DNA of 64,000 bases from Octopus sinensis (lineage: Eukaryota): assembly GCF_006345805.1 (NCBI RefSeq), contig NC_043002.1, positions 80,476,001-80,540,000 of the forward strand, given 5' to 3'. Each line of letters starts with the position of its first letter. The stretch's first letter is position 1. Position numbers and translations under genes: made by a program. The notes under the pieces were generated by a model that made no database searches, was not told where the DNA came from, and saw only the letters and a list, made by a program, of their open reading frames with translations. Below are positions 51,480 through 64,000 of this stretch, one piece after another.

Positions 51480-51800
51480 AAATTACAAGGTATGTAAACA
51501 AAGTTTGCTTCTTTAGAGGAGTTGAGATGTATTGAAATATACAGATATGGAAATATTGTATTCTTAAACGCATAATAATAATAAGGATGTTCTGCAATAT
51601 AGAACATCCTTATATTGCAGAAAATTAGAATTTGTTAATAGTCGTGACAAGATTTGGAAGTTGAGTTCGCTCATGTTAGAATTACTAACAGCTCGGGGTA
51701 ACAAATTTTTCTGCAATTTATGCTATTCAGTACTATAATTATGCGTTTGAAGATAAAATAGTCCCATATCAGTGTGTATAATATATATATACATACATAC

Positions 51801-51854
<54 letters not shown>

Positions 51855-52215
51855 CCAAAACGCCCCCCGTCCAATGGACGGTGCTGAGTTGTCGAAAATT
51901 TAAACCAAATTTTCTCAAAACAACTTGTCCAACAGTCCCATAGGCCTCCCCTTTGGGAAACACTGATTTAACCTAAATTTGAGAGACCAGCAAAAGAAGA
52001 AATAAAGATAGACTTTTTTTTATTTCAAAGAAAAACGATTTTATTCACTTTATCGATCGCCTTCTCACCTAAAATCGGTTTTTGTAATTTTTTAAGACTC
52101 CTACACACCTTGATGCCGAGGGTATCTACATATCAAATTTTAGCGCAATCGGATGGAAGATGCCCGAGATCCTAGAATACACACATACATACAGACAGAA
52201 CGGAATTTATGTAAT
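51855..52215 (+). mobile_element. Possible DINE/HINE-like non-autonomous Helitron
   Basis: caaattttagcgcaatcggatg...catacatacagacag...ttatgtaatatatata resembles DINE-1-type ends. Confidence 0.35.
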
Positions 52216-52218
52216 ATA

Positions 52219-52272
<54 letters not shown>

Positions 52273-52734
52273 GCAGGTATGTATGTATGTATGTATGCAT
52301 CTATGTATATATATGTTCGTATATTCTTTGCATATATACATCATCTGTTTGGGTTTTTTTATTCTGTTTCTAAGTACTCACAGCACAATGTTCATGAACA
52401 TATCCGGTGACGAATTTATATTTTTCTTGCTCTTGCCTCTCACAATATTTTATTTCTACTCCGTCTATCTATGCATAAACTCACACTTTCTAGCTGTCTC
52501 CGCCCCCTCACTCTATTTCTCTCGATCTCGTTTTCTACTGCGTTATTTACTGAAAATAGTTCATAAATGTATGATTTAATTAGTAGCCGGCATCGAAAAT
52601 CGGTAACAATGATTCTATCCTTGTTTAAAGACCACTTCACTTAAGTCACTAATAAAGCAGCATAAAAGTATGACATATCATAGTCATAGATGCATATTAT
52701 TACCATACACATAAATTTGAGTTAATCAACTCAC

Positions 52735-52740
52735 TTTCAA
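52735..52740 (-). CDS. Candidate 6-nt microexon (TTGAAA)
   Basis: T12-AG|TTGAAA|GTGAGT. Splice signals only. Confidence 0.12.
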
Positions 52741-52899
52741 CTAAAAAAAAAAAAGAGTAACTGGACCGAAATTGCTTTCTTTATTGGCCCTAAACTGTAA
52801 AAATAATGTCGCTAATGTGAAGCATTTTTAGCCACAGTAAATGCATTGCGTGTGCCACTCGAACATTTCCGACTGTATATGCGAATGTATGGTATATGT

Positions 52900-52931
<32 letters not shown>

Positions 52932-52982
52932 ATATATATATATGAGTGTATGTGTGTATGTGTGTGTGTATGTGTATGTGTA

Positions 52983-53024
<42 letters not shown>

Positions 53025-53728
53025 GTATATGTATATATATATATATGTGTGTATAGTGTATATATATATGTGTATATATGTGTATATATATGTGTATATA
53101 TATATGTGTATATATGTGTATATATATATATATATATGTGTGTATATATGTACATATATATATAATACAAAATGGGATAAGAATGCAAGACATCCGGACA
53201 GTTAGGTCATACAAAAATGGGACAACAAAACATCTAGATAGACGATGCAAAGAAAACAAGGACGGGTCATTCGAAGTTTTCTTTCCTCAGTCAAGTACCA
53301 TGTATGTATGTATATATATATATATATATATGATTTACCTAGTGGGTAGCAATTTTCTTCACTACTTCAGAGAGTGACGACCCTGCCTGACACTAGCGAA
53401 AGGTGCCACGCAGTGGGACTGACCCGGAACCATGTGGTTGGTAAGCAAGCTACTTACCACACAACCACACACACAACACATAACATACACACACACACAT
53501 TATATATATACATATATATATACACACATTTCAGTTTCATCTTATTCCCTCTTTATCACCTTTTGTATCTATTCACTTTTCCGTACTCGATCACATTTTC
53601 GTATAAATATTGCTTTTTCTCTCGTGTTGTTTGCGAAACGTTTGACCTCCAGTGGTACACCGCTAACGACATCCATATGACAATTACAGTCTCGCATTAA
53701 TATCACACCTGTACTTTTAATAGCTTAC

Positions 53729-53771
53729 CTCTTTAAGACATCTGATTCCTTTCCAGCTGGGATTTTAGTGG
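53729..53771 (-). CDS. Candidate 43-nt exon (unassigned)
   Basis: tttgttttcccag|...GAG|gtaagc. The single open frame reads TKIPAGKESDVLK. Confidence 0.25.
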
Positions 53772-54160
53772 CTGGGAAAACAAATTATGTCACAGTTCGA
53801 CTGGTCATTGATATAGTTGATATACACGTACATAATAGTGTACCAACAGTCTACCTACATAAATCCAAACATAAGTAGACATATACATACACACAAGAAA
53901 GTGTTACCATAAATGTGTATGAGCGCAGTCGCAAGTCGTGGCTGTGTGGTAAGAAGCTTGATTCCCAAGGACAAAGTGTCTTTTACTATAGACTCGGTAA
54001 TATCCATACACGACGGAATGTTTTCGCTTTCTGTCTACCAAATCCACTCACAAGTCTTTGGTTGACCTCGGGCGGTAGTAGAAGCACTTTCCTAGTGATA
54101 CAGAAGCCACGACAATGCGGCTGAGAAGCAAGTTTCGTTACCAGGCAGCCAAGCTTGCGC

Positions 54161-54234
<74 letters not shown>

Positions 54235-54243
54235 TTGTGTGTG

Positions 54244-54275
<32 letters not shown>

Positions 54276-54454
54276 CTGTGTGTGTGTATGTGTGTGTGTA
54301 TTCGAGAAATATTCAGTAACAGTCCCATAGAGTAAAGATTATTTGCCAACATAATGTGGCAATCCTGGTTATATATATATATAAAATTATATATATATAC
54401 ATATATATATACACACATTTCAGTTTCATCTTATTCCCTCTTTATCACCTTTTG

Positions 54455-54700
54455 AAGGAAATCTAATTCTCGGCGACAACTATGATTGTCACACGCTGAC
54501 GAGAGGTCAATACCTCGAAACTCGAGTCCGTGTGTATCATAAGTTGAAGACGGGAAGGATGACTTCCCTTTGCAAATACTGACAGGACACAGATAGTGTG
54601 TCTATGGCCAGCTGGAGGAGTGTGTCCTCCTGGGGCTAAAAACTACAGTAGCATCCACCCTTAGGGGTTAGCCATATTGAAATGGCAAAAATACGTCGCG
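54455..54700 (+). mobile_element. Retrozyme-like structured repeat copy carrying the intact hammerhead
   Basis: Colinear with ~3990-4200 and shares four hairpins with it. An inverted fragment of the same family lies at 54300-54368. Confidence 0.65.
54477..54546 (+). ncRNA. Type I hammerhead ribozyme, canonical core; predicted cleavage 3' of C54528
   Basis: cacacg-CTGACGA-gagg-tcaata-cctc-GAAA-c-tcga-GTC-cgtgtg. Stem I is extended by tatgat/atcata and caac/gttg. Stem III is the palindrome ACTCGAGT. Confidence 0.85.
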
Positions 54701-55174
54701 ATAAAATTATATATATATATATATATATATTGAAGTTTTCTTAAAAAGTATGCCTATTGTATGAGTATATTATGAAATAATATTATTGGGAAGTGCTACC
54801 GACACTGCATTATAAATTTTAACAGGTAAACAGACAGTTTTGCATCCTGCACTGTAAGATTAAGATGAAGTCCCTTGTCAAAATAGGGGAAGGTAGGTGT
54901 AAATAGCCAAACTCTGAAACTCTAACAAATTGGCTAGACCTTAACGAACCTTTATAAGCAGAGATAATTGTACACTAAGCTTTTTGTGACAGTTAAAGTT
55001 TTTTGTGTGAGACAAGGTTGTTCAATTGGATTCTGGAAGCTATGATTATCTGTTTAGTTTTTATGCACTTTGTCTTTGTGTTAGGCATTTATGGATTTAT
55101 CTTATACTCATACAATTCGTCAGAACTTTTGTTTGTCAGATTTAAATAATTTTTGTGTCACATCTGGGTCCAAA

Positions 55175-55262
55175 TTTCGAAAACCAAATTCAAGAATCCA
55201 AATTTATGAAACCAAATTTCGGAATCCAAATTTATGAAACCAAATTTATGAATCCAAATTTC
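55175..55262 (+). repeat. 14-15-bp minisatellite (ccaaatttatgaaa-like)
   Basis: About six degenerate units each starting ccaaatt. Confidence 0.75.
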
Positions 55263-55912
55263 TAAACTGTATACATTTTACTTTTGTAAAAATATTTTGA
55301 CTGCACTTCTAGTGTAACATTAATTTATTTGGTCCTATATATTTCTTTATACGTAGGTCGTTCGTATATGCTGACGCGTAACTGTTAATGATATTAAAAA
55401 AAAAACCTCATGCTGTGTTGTTGTTTTGGATCCACCACATCATTGTTTGCTGATATTAGCTTCAATTTAGGTATTTAAACGGAGGCAACTTGTTAGATCG
55501 ATCTAATATGCACACACAAACAATTTGTAGTGAATATTGTTTTGATATTTTTTTACGTTACCTTCCTTTACTTCCTCTTCCTCCTCCTCCTCCACCTCCT
55601 CTCCCCTAATTTACTCTTATATATTTATTTGTTTATCTTCTTGGCTATATTTGGACACTATTTTCTTAGACATTATATTTTTATAAACCTTACTTTTGTC
55701 TTTAACTCCTATCCTTAAATTCCTCCCTCACTCTCTCTACCTATCTTTCTATTTATTTATTTTTCTTTCTTTTTACCACTTAATAGCTACCTCCGCTACG
55801 ATCCCGTTAATGAACGTTGATATGTTCGCGTGTATTTCTGGATACTTACATTATCAGGATATTAACCTACATGCATTTTCGTGGGATTGCACCTAAGGAC
55901 TTACAGACTTAC

Positions 55913-56075
55913 TTCTACACGTTCGGGAAGTTGAACTGTGAACTTTGAGGCATGTTTTTCCTTCTCTTTATTCATCTCCTTATTCCTTTTCCCCGTTTCC
56001 GCTATGTCGTCATTTAAGTAATCTATACCATTCTCATTTTCCCAATATGTTTCCGATGACGGAATATCCCATACT
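55913..56075 (-). CDS. Candidate 163-nt exon (unassigned)
   Basis: Non-repetitive open frame VWDIPSSETYWENENGIDYLNDDIAETGKRNKEMNKEKEKHASKFTVQLPERVE, ending at GAA|gtaagt. The acceptor is weak. Confidence 0.25.
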
Positions 56076-56254
56076 CTGGGATTTCCCAGAAACAGCCGTA
56101 ACAGTTTGAATTTTTTTCCCAGTAACAATGCATATTGACTTGAGATGTTTGCCTAGCCTGAACGTTTGTTGCCCCTCTCTCTCTCTTTATAATATATATA
56201 TCTATATATATATATCTATATATATAATATATATATGTATTACTATATATATAT

Positions 56255-56300
<46 letters not shown>

Positions 56301-56320
56301 ATATATACATATATATTATA

Positions 56321-56364
<44 letters not shown>

Positions 56365-57387
56365 TAGGGAGAGTTTACGAAAAAAACAAAAGGCGAAGGC
56401 AGGTGGTGTACAAAACAAACAGATGTATTAGTATAACGCTCAGGAATAGGAAAAGTCTTTACGCTCTTCTACAGAAAGTACACAGAAAAAACAAGGAAAG
56501 AAAAAAATGTGTATAGTGGCTAACGATCTATCATGCCGACTATATATATAAATATATATATAAACAAAGATAAATGCGATACAATAAAATTAATTATAAT
56601 CGCCGGTGTACCAGTACAGGCCATATATTATACATATATCATTACATTCAAGGCGAAGAGTGCACTAGATACACAATAGCTGAATAAATTTAGTGAGATG
56701 AAAATTAAAAACTTTTACAAACTTAACTTTTCTTATACTGCAGTTTCGCCAAATTCAGTAATAAAAATAGTATTTATTTACAATATATATTTATATTGTA
56801 GTTTCAGTTCTCACGCAAGTGACTTAACTAAAAGCGCGTGTTTAAATTTCTAAACCTGAAAACTATGCATTCTACAAAATAACGTCCCCACAAATTAGAT
56901 ACAGTTGAATCTCGGCAGTATCTAAATCGTAGTTGGTGCAACTGTGATGTTGACACCAAATACTAAATGATAACACGCCGTTAACAACCTTTGTGAGTTT
57001 TTGAATAGCTTAATGTGTGTCTTCCATGCTGTAGTTGTATTATATATTTGTGTGTGTGTGCATGCGTGTAATATATATATATATATATATATCGGTATGA
57101 AATGACCATGCTAATTTGTAGAACAAAGGCATTCTGTGTTAATTAGTTCTGCCCAAGTTTCGTCTCCTTTCGCCTGCTCCGACATTGTGCTACGTCTTTC
57201 ACTATGTACCAGACAAAAATTTGAAGTTCTTGTAAAATGAATATATCCTTTGAAGACTTTCCGCAGCATGGCAAAATAAAGACCGAAAAAGGGGTGGGGC
57301 AAAAAAGAAGTGAGTTGGAGAGTAAATTAATAAAATAATTATTCTTTAATTATTTTTTTTTTACTTACGAGCGCATATATTTCTAAT

Positions 57388-57476
<89 letters not shown>

Positions 57477-57479
57477 GTT

Positions 57480-57519
<40 letters not shown>

Positions 57520-57811
57520 CAGTATTAGTAGTAGTATTAGCAGCAGCAGTAGTAGTAATAGTATTAGCAGCAGCATCAGTAGTAGTAGTAGTAGTAGTAC
57601 CTCATTATTAGTCTCTTCAGTACTATAATTTTCATATAGATCTTGATCATCATTTTCATCATCTTCATCAGCATCTTCATTCTAATTACCAATACCAGTA
57701 ATATTACTATTTCAGACATGTACCTTGTATTTTTAATCAAATCATATTTGAGTTTTTGTGTGACTGTGTTGACACACACACACACACACGTGTATATATA
57801 TATATATATAT

Positions 57812-57858
<47 letters not shown>

Positions 57859-58034
57859 CGTATATGTGTGTGAGAGATTGGGTGTGAGTTTATGAGTTTG
57901 TGTATGTGTGTGTAGGGACCTGCGCATGCTTGTGAGTATGCAGAAAAAATATAATAAACAACTATTCGTATAAAGGTGGTGAAACAGAAAGAGAGAAAGA
58001 ATGAGTGCAATTTGAGAATGAGAGTAAGGGAATG

Positions 58035-58067
<33 letters not shown>

Positions 58068-58396
58068 GAGAGGGGAGGATGAGGAATATTTCGTGAAATA
58101 TTTTGCGTTTCTTATAATTTTTTTTTCCTTCTTTTATCACTTCATATTCAGGTTTCAGCAGTAGCAAATGTGTTTTGATTTAACCTTGCTCTCTGCCAGT
58201 CTAATTAGAAGGAAATTTTGGAAAGGCTCAATTAGAAGTAATCAGTCTCGTGAGAGTGCGAAGCATTCGTTAATTCCCCACGAAAAACAGATGACTTTCC
58301 AACTTAGGATCTAATTAATTAAATGATGAAATTAAGTAAAAAAAGAAGATGAACAAATATATAAAAACATACATACATACATATATAATATATATA

Positions 58397-58473
<77 letters not shown>

Positions 58474-58511
58474 ATATATATACATACATATATATATACA
58501 TGCATACATAC

Positions 58512-58568
<57 letters not shown>

Positions 58569-59734
58569 TATATATAATTATAACAAATAAAAAGTATAGT
58601 TAACATTAAAACAAAAAACGTATACAAAAAATATTTCTTCACAAATTTTTTGAAATACTTTCTGCATTTTTAATTTGTTTCTCTTTGATTGTTTACATTT
58701 TTCTTTACAATTTATTTATTGTTTGTTTTAAATTATATTTAATTTGAGAAATACCGTTTCTTTCTTAATTTTTATTTATACTTTAAATTATACTTTTTTT
58801 TGCATATTTGTATTATAATTTATTTTTAATGATATTGAGGTATGAGTTTTTTTGGTAGGTAGATATAAGAGCATGTGCGTACGTATATGCGTATATATAT
58901 GCGTGTGTGTGTGTGTGCGTGTGTGTGTGCGTGTATGAGTAAGTCGAATTGTATGAACCAAGAATGCATACCACTGTACATGAACGCCTAACACTTTTTC
59001 TGAGTGTACGTATATGCATGCGGGATTGTAAATGCTTGTATCAATGAGTATTAGTCTCTGTGTATGTGTGAGTGTGCTCGTGTGTGTGTGTGTGAGCGTG
59101 TGTATGTGTGTGTATGTGTGTGAGTGCACGTATATGTGTGTATGTGTGCCTGTGAATATGTGTGTGTGTGAAAATGCATTTCTCTGTGTGTGGGAGTTCG
59201 AGTGTTTGTATGAAAGAGTATTATTCACTGTGTATGTGTGAGTGTGTGTTTATGTGGATGTGTGTCTGCATGTATATGTGTGTGTGTGTGCGTATGTGTA
59301 TGTGTGTTTCTGTTTAATGAATAAGCTTATTATTACAAAAATGTATCTTTCATTGCGCTTGTGTGTATATATGCCCATCCATTTGTACATGTGTTTGTGT
59401 TTAAATTTAGTTATTGCTATGTTTTTATATGCTTTTGTGCGCATGTGTACATGTGAATACTGGTTCCTTAATAACTATGTGTGTATAGATGTGTGTGCCA
59501 GTGTCTGTGCAAGTGCATGTGTAAGGTATGTAGGTGTTCAGTACATCTACACATGTGTGTTTGTACATGTGTGTGTGTCAAACTATAGGATATGGAAGCA
59601 ACTTTATGTACCCTGAGTGAGATTTTATTTACTGTAGACGAGTTAAGCATGTATAGTAAACTTGACGATGTGCATTCTTTTCCCGAAATATTGTGACATA
59701 ACAGTCATTGGGTTTTTTTTTTTCTTTTATTTGT

Positions 59735-59998
59735 CTGAGTCATTTGACTGCGGTCATGCTGGAGCACCGCCTTTAGTGGAGCAAATCGACCCTAGGACTT
59801 ATTCTTTGTAAGCCTAGTACTTATTCTATCGGCCTCTCTTGCCGAACAGCTAAGTTACGGGAACGTAAACACACCAGCATCGTTTGTCAAACACAGACAC
59901 AGACACACATACACACATACACATACATACATATATATATATACACACATATATACGACGGGCTTCTTTCAGTTTCTACCAAATCCATCCACAAGGCT
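59735..59998 (-). mobile_element. SINE family A (tail plus partial head)
   Basis: gtcatttgactgcggtcatgctggagcaccgcc...gacgggcttctttcagtttc. Confidence 0.85.
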
Positions 59999-60285
59999 TT
60001 GTTTTCTTGTTGTGATTTTTTTTGATGATGTACACAAATTCAATATCTATTAAAGCACATTTCATACACACAGAGAACTCATCATCTTCCTTATACTCCA
60101 CCTACTATTAATTTTGAGACACGGGTTAATACTTGACTGGTACTGACATCTTATCCACTCAGGAGGAATAAAAATCAAAATTGATCTCAGCGTCATTTAA
60201 ACTCTTAATAAATGGAAAAAAATGTTGTCCCATGTTAACGATTGTGTCAGCTCGTTGCCTTAATAACGATGACGACGACGACGAC

Positions 60286-60385
<100 letters not shown>

Positions 60386-60589
60386 AGGATGATGTTGATG
60401 ATCTATTTTACAATATGCACCAGGTCCTGAAATTTTGGAAGAGTGAGTAGTCGGTTTACATCGACCCCATTACTCCACTGGTAATGGCAAAGTCGAACTG
60501 GGCAGAATTTGAACTCAGAACTTAAAAATGGACAAAATGGCGTTAAGCAGTTTTCCCCTTGATTCCTAACCATTTTTCTAGCTCACCGC

Positions 60590-60669
60590 CTTAACAATAA
60601 ATAAAATAATAATAATATAATAATAATATAATAATAATATATAATAAATATAATAAGAATAATAATAAT

Positions 60670-60706
<37 letters not shown>

Positions 60707-60827
60707 TATAATAATAATAATAATATAATATAATAATAATAATAATATAATAATAATATAATAATAATAATAATAATAATAATATAATAATAAAATATAT
60801 AATAATTAATAATAATAATAATAATAA

Positions 60828-60868
<41 letters not shown>

Positions 60869-60875
60869 TAATAAT

Positions 60876-60927
<52 letters not shown>

Positions 60928-60993
60928 AAATAATAATAATAATAATAATAATAATAATTATAATAGTAACAATAATATAATAATAAAATAATA

Positions 60994-61031
<38 letters not shown>

Positions 61032-61303
61032 GAATAATAATAATAATAATAAAATAATAATAATAATAATAAAATATAATAATAATAATATAATAATAAT
61101 AATAATTATTTAATAATAATATAATAATAATAATAATAATAATTATAATAATTATAATAATAATAAGATAAATAATAACAAAGATAATAATAATAATAAA
61201 TGAGCAATAATAATAATATAATAATAATAATAATAGAATAATAATAATAATAATAATTATAATAGTAACAATAATAAGATAATATATAATAATATATAAA
61301 TAC

Positions 61304-61340
<37 letters not shown>

Positions 61341-61442
61341 TAATAATAGTAAAATAATTATAATAATAATAAAGATAATAATAATAATAATAAAATAATA
61401 ACAATATAATAATAAATAATAATAATAATATAATAATAATAA

Positions 61443-61482
<40 letters not shown>

Positions 61483-61495
61483 TAATAATAATAAT

Positions 61496-61529
<34 letters not shown>

Positions 61530-62200
61530 TATAATAAATAATAATAATAGAATGATAATAATAATAATAAGAATAATAATAAAATTATAATAGTAACAAT
61601 AATAATAATATAAAATAATAATAATAATAAAATACATAATAATAATAATAATAATAAAATAATAATAATAATAATAATAAAATAATAATAATAATAATAT
61701 AATAATAATAACTAATCATAGATTATAATAATAAAAAGATAATAATAATAATAATAATAATAATAATAGATAATAATTAATAAAGATAATAATAATAAAG
61801 AATAATAATAATAATAATAATAAAATAATAAATAATAACAATAATAATAATAATAATAATAAATAATAATAATAATTAATAGTAAACAATATATAATAAT
61901 AATAATAATAAATACATAATAAAATAATAAATAAAATAGAATAATAATATAATAATTATAATAAATAATAAGATAATAATAATATAATAAATAATAATAA
62001 TAAATAATAATAGAACGAATAATAATAATAATAATAATAATATAATAAGAATAATAAAATAATAATAATAATAATCATAATAATAATAATAATAATAAAA
62101 TAATAATAACAATAATAATAATAATCATAATAATAATATAATAATAATATATAATAATAATAATAATTATAATAGTACCAATAATAATGATGATGATGAT
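60590..62200. repeat. ~1.6-kb imperfect (AAT)n array
   Basis: Seen directly. It has many 1-nt indels, which may be sequencing noise. Confidence 0.9.
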
Positions 62201-62777
62201 GATCATCATCATCATCATCCTCTTTTCTACAACAGTGCACAAGGCCTGAAACATTGGTGGAGAGATGTAGTCGATTACATCGACATCGTTTCTTCGCTTT
62301 TATTTTAGTTTATCGACCACGGAATGATGAAAAGCAAGTAAGTTTTCGTACTTAAAACACCGTGATGCAAAAGAAAGATTTGAACAAAATCATGTAAGCA
62401 AACGATGGATAAGAATAGACCGTTATACAATAGCGTGGGACTTATTTAACAATATTTGTATTTCATACGTGTAAGCAAATCAATACAGTATATTCATGAA
62501 GATAAAGGAATATAAATTCATGTATCAGAAAAAAAATAATAGATACACGCAACCAAACCACAACCGTTTTAAGAGTCACACCTGTGTTTGTTCAGGGTAC
62601 ATTGCGAAGCTGACTGCCTACACCCTCAGTACCCCATATCCCAGTACACATAATGCTCGGTATTAAAAGTCGCTAGACGTAAGTCAAGTGTGGAGTAGTG
62701 TGTTTGTGAATCTGTGAATGCGCGTGTGCGTGTATGCACATAGATACATGCATACGAGCACAAGCACACTACCACAT

Positions 62778-63934
62778 TTATTCAATATGACCACATCTGT
62801 TTGGAACCATAGCCTTAAGTCTAAGTGCGAATGCTTCACATGTGGCATGCAGTTGTTCTTGCGGAATCGAGGCCCAAGCCTGGCGCAGTTGTACTTTTAA
62901 AGCGTTGAGCGAAGTATGAAGAGTGCTCGAGACCCTCGTGTTCAAAATGGATCAAACAGAAAAATCCAGCGGTTTCAGATCGAGGATTCTTGAGAGCCAT
63001 ACATCCTTGCCTATGAACGACGGAATGATTTTCTGGATCCAGCGTTGTGACTGTCTGGAGCTGTGTAATTTTGCCGTTTCCTGTTGGAGGTTCCAGGGTG
63101 CACTGTGAAAGTGCTCATTCGCTTATCGAAGCAGTTCGGCTTCCAGAAGCGAATGTATCGTTAGCTGTTAGTTTTAACACCCTTGGAAGCAAAAACGAGG
63201 GGAAACCTTCCATTGGCGGTCACAGCTGCCCAAACCATAACTGATTGTAGATTTTGACGTCGATTTACGAATCTATCCTCGACAGAGCCAGATACACTCC
63301 AAAGTCGGTCATTTTGGTGGTTTGCTGCTTGTTCGATGTCAAATTTCTTTTCATCAGTGAACACCAGAATGGGCAGCGTACCTTCAGAAATCCGACGCAG
63401 GATTAGAATACTTCTCTCTAATCACATGGCCTTATAAACTTGCGTGAGCTGTGAGTTCATATGAGAGATCCTCTTGTAGGGGTGGGTTCTGAAATCCTCC
63501 TTCAGTACTCGCTACACCGATGTTCAGCTTATTTTTGGCTTAGTAGCCAGTTTCCTGAGGGAACGACAAGGATTTCAACGTATCTTTATCTGGCACATTT
63601 GACAAGCTGAGGCGTCCGCACACTTCTTTTTCGGCCACATCCTCGTTGATCAGTGGGAGGACCAGTCTCTTGAAATTTCTTGACTATTTATGAAAGTGTT
63701 GTTCATTTAATTTTAAGCATTATTTACTATAGCTCTATTACTTTCGCCTCCTTTGTGGAGGGTTACAATTGTATTTCGGTATATAGCCATTATCTAATTT
63801 ATAAATCCGAATTTATTTAGTCTGAAGCAAAAAGAAACACTAGTCTTTTATAATGATGTATAACTTTCATATCTTACATTTATTGATAGTTATTAAAGCC
63901 TAAACTTCGGTTGCTATAATTTCGGGACACCCTG
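62778..63934 (-). mobile_element. Tc1/mariner (maT-like) transposon remnant; one TIR with TA flank
   Basis: TIR cagggtgtcccgaaattatagcaaccg ending at 63934 next to TA. Transposase pieces FTDEKKFDIEQAANHQNDR, SVMVWAAVT..GRFPLVF..KGVKTN, PLDFSV*SIL, ...RLKAMVPNRCGHIE*. Confidence 0.85.
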
Positions 63935-63939
63935 TATAT

Positions 63940-64000
63940 TCTTTTATTCTATTATTGTTTTACTTGTTTCAGTCATTTGACTACGGCCATGCTGGAGGGT
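63940..64000 (-). mobile_element. SINE family A tail (runs off the window)
   Basis: tttacttgtttcagtcatttgactacggccatgctggag. Confidence 0.7.

Noticed and set aside
60590-62200. Poly-Y/I/L ORFs in the AAT array
   Set aside because: Microsatellite translation. The scattered indels may be sequencing error.

Overview
Eukaryotic, very repeat-rich non-coding DNA with one 100-N gap (44839-44938). The microsatellite load and recurring tRNA-headed SINE families resemble an octopus/coleoid cephalopod genome; this is an inference and no search was run. No intact protein-coding gene is recognisable. Most ORF-track entries are microsatellite artefacts. The real coding signal comes from decayed transposons: R4/Dong-type RT and restriction-like endonuclease (RLE) LINE pieces, a Penelope GIY-YIG endonuclease, Tigger/pogo, mariner, maT-like Tc1, a Chapaev3-like transposase and a Helitron Rep/helicase. 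At least four SINE families (working labels A-D) and several MITE-like or fold-back elements are present. The most notable signal is RNA-structural. There is one apparently intact type I hammerhead ribozyme (54477-54546) inside a ~346-nt repeat family whose hairpins covary between distant copies, which makes it a candidate retrozyme/circRNA element. About ten decayed hammerhead cores occur elsewhere, three of them inside perfect or near-perfect 60-77 bp inverted repeats that look like Penelope-type inverted tails. A few short segments with strong splice signals may be host exons, but these are weak calls.
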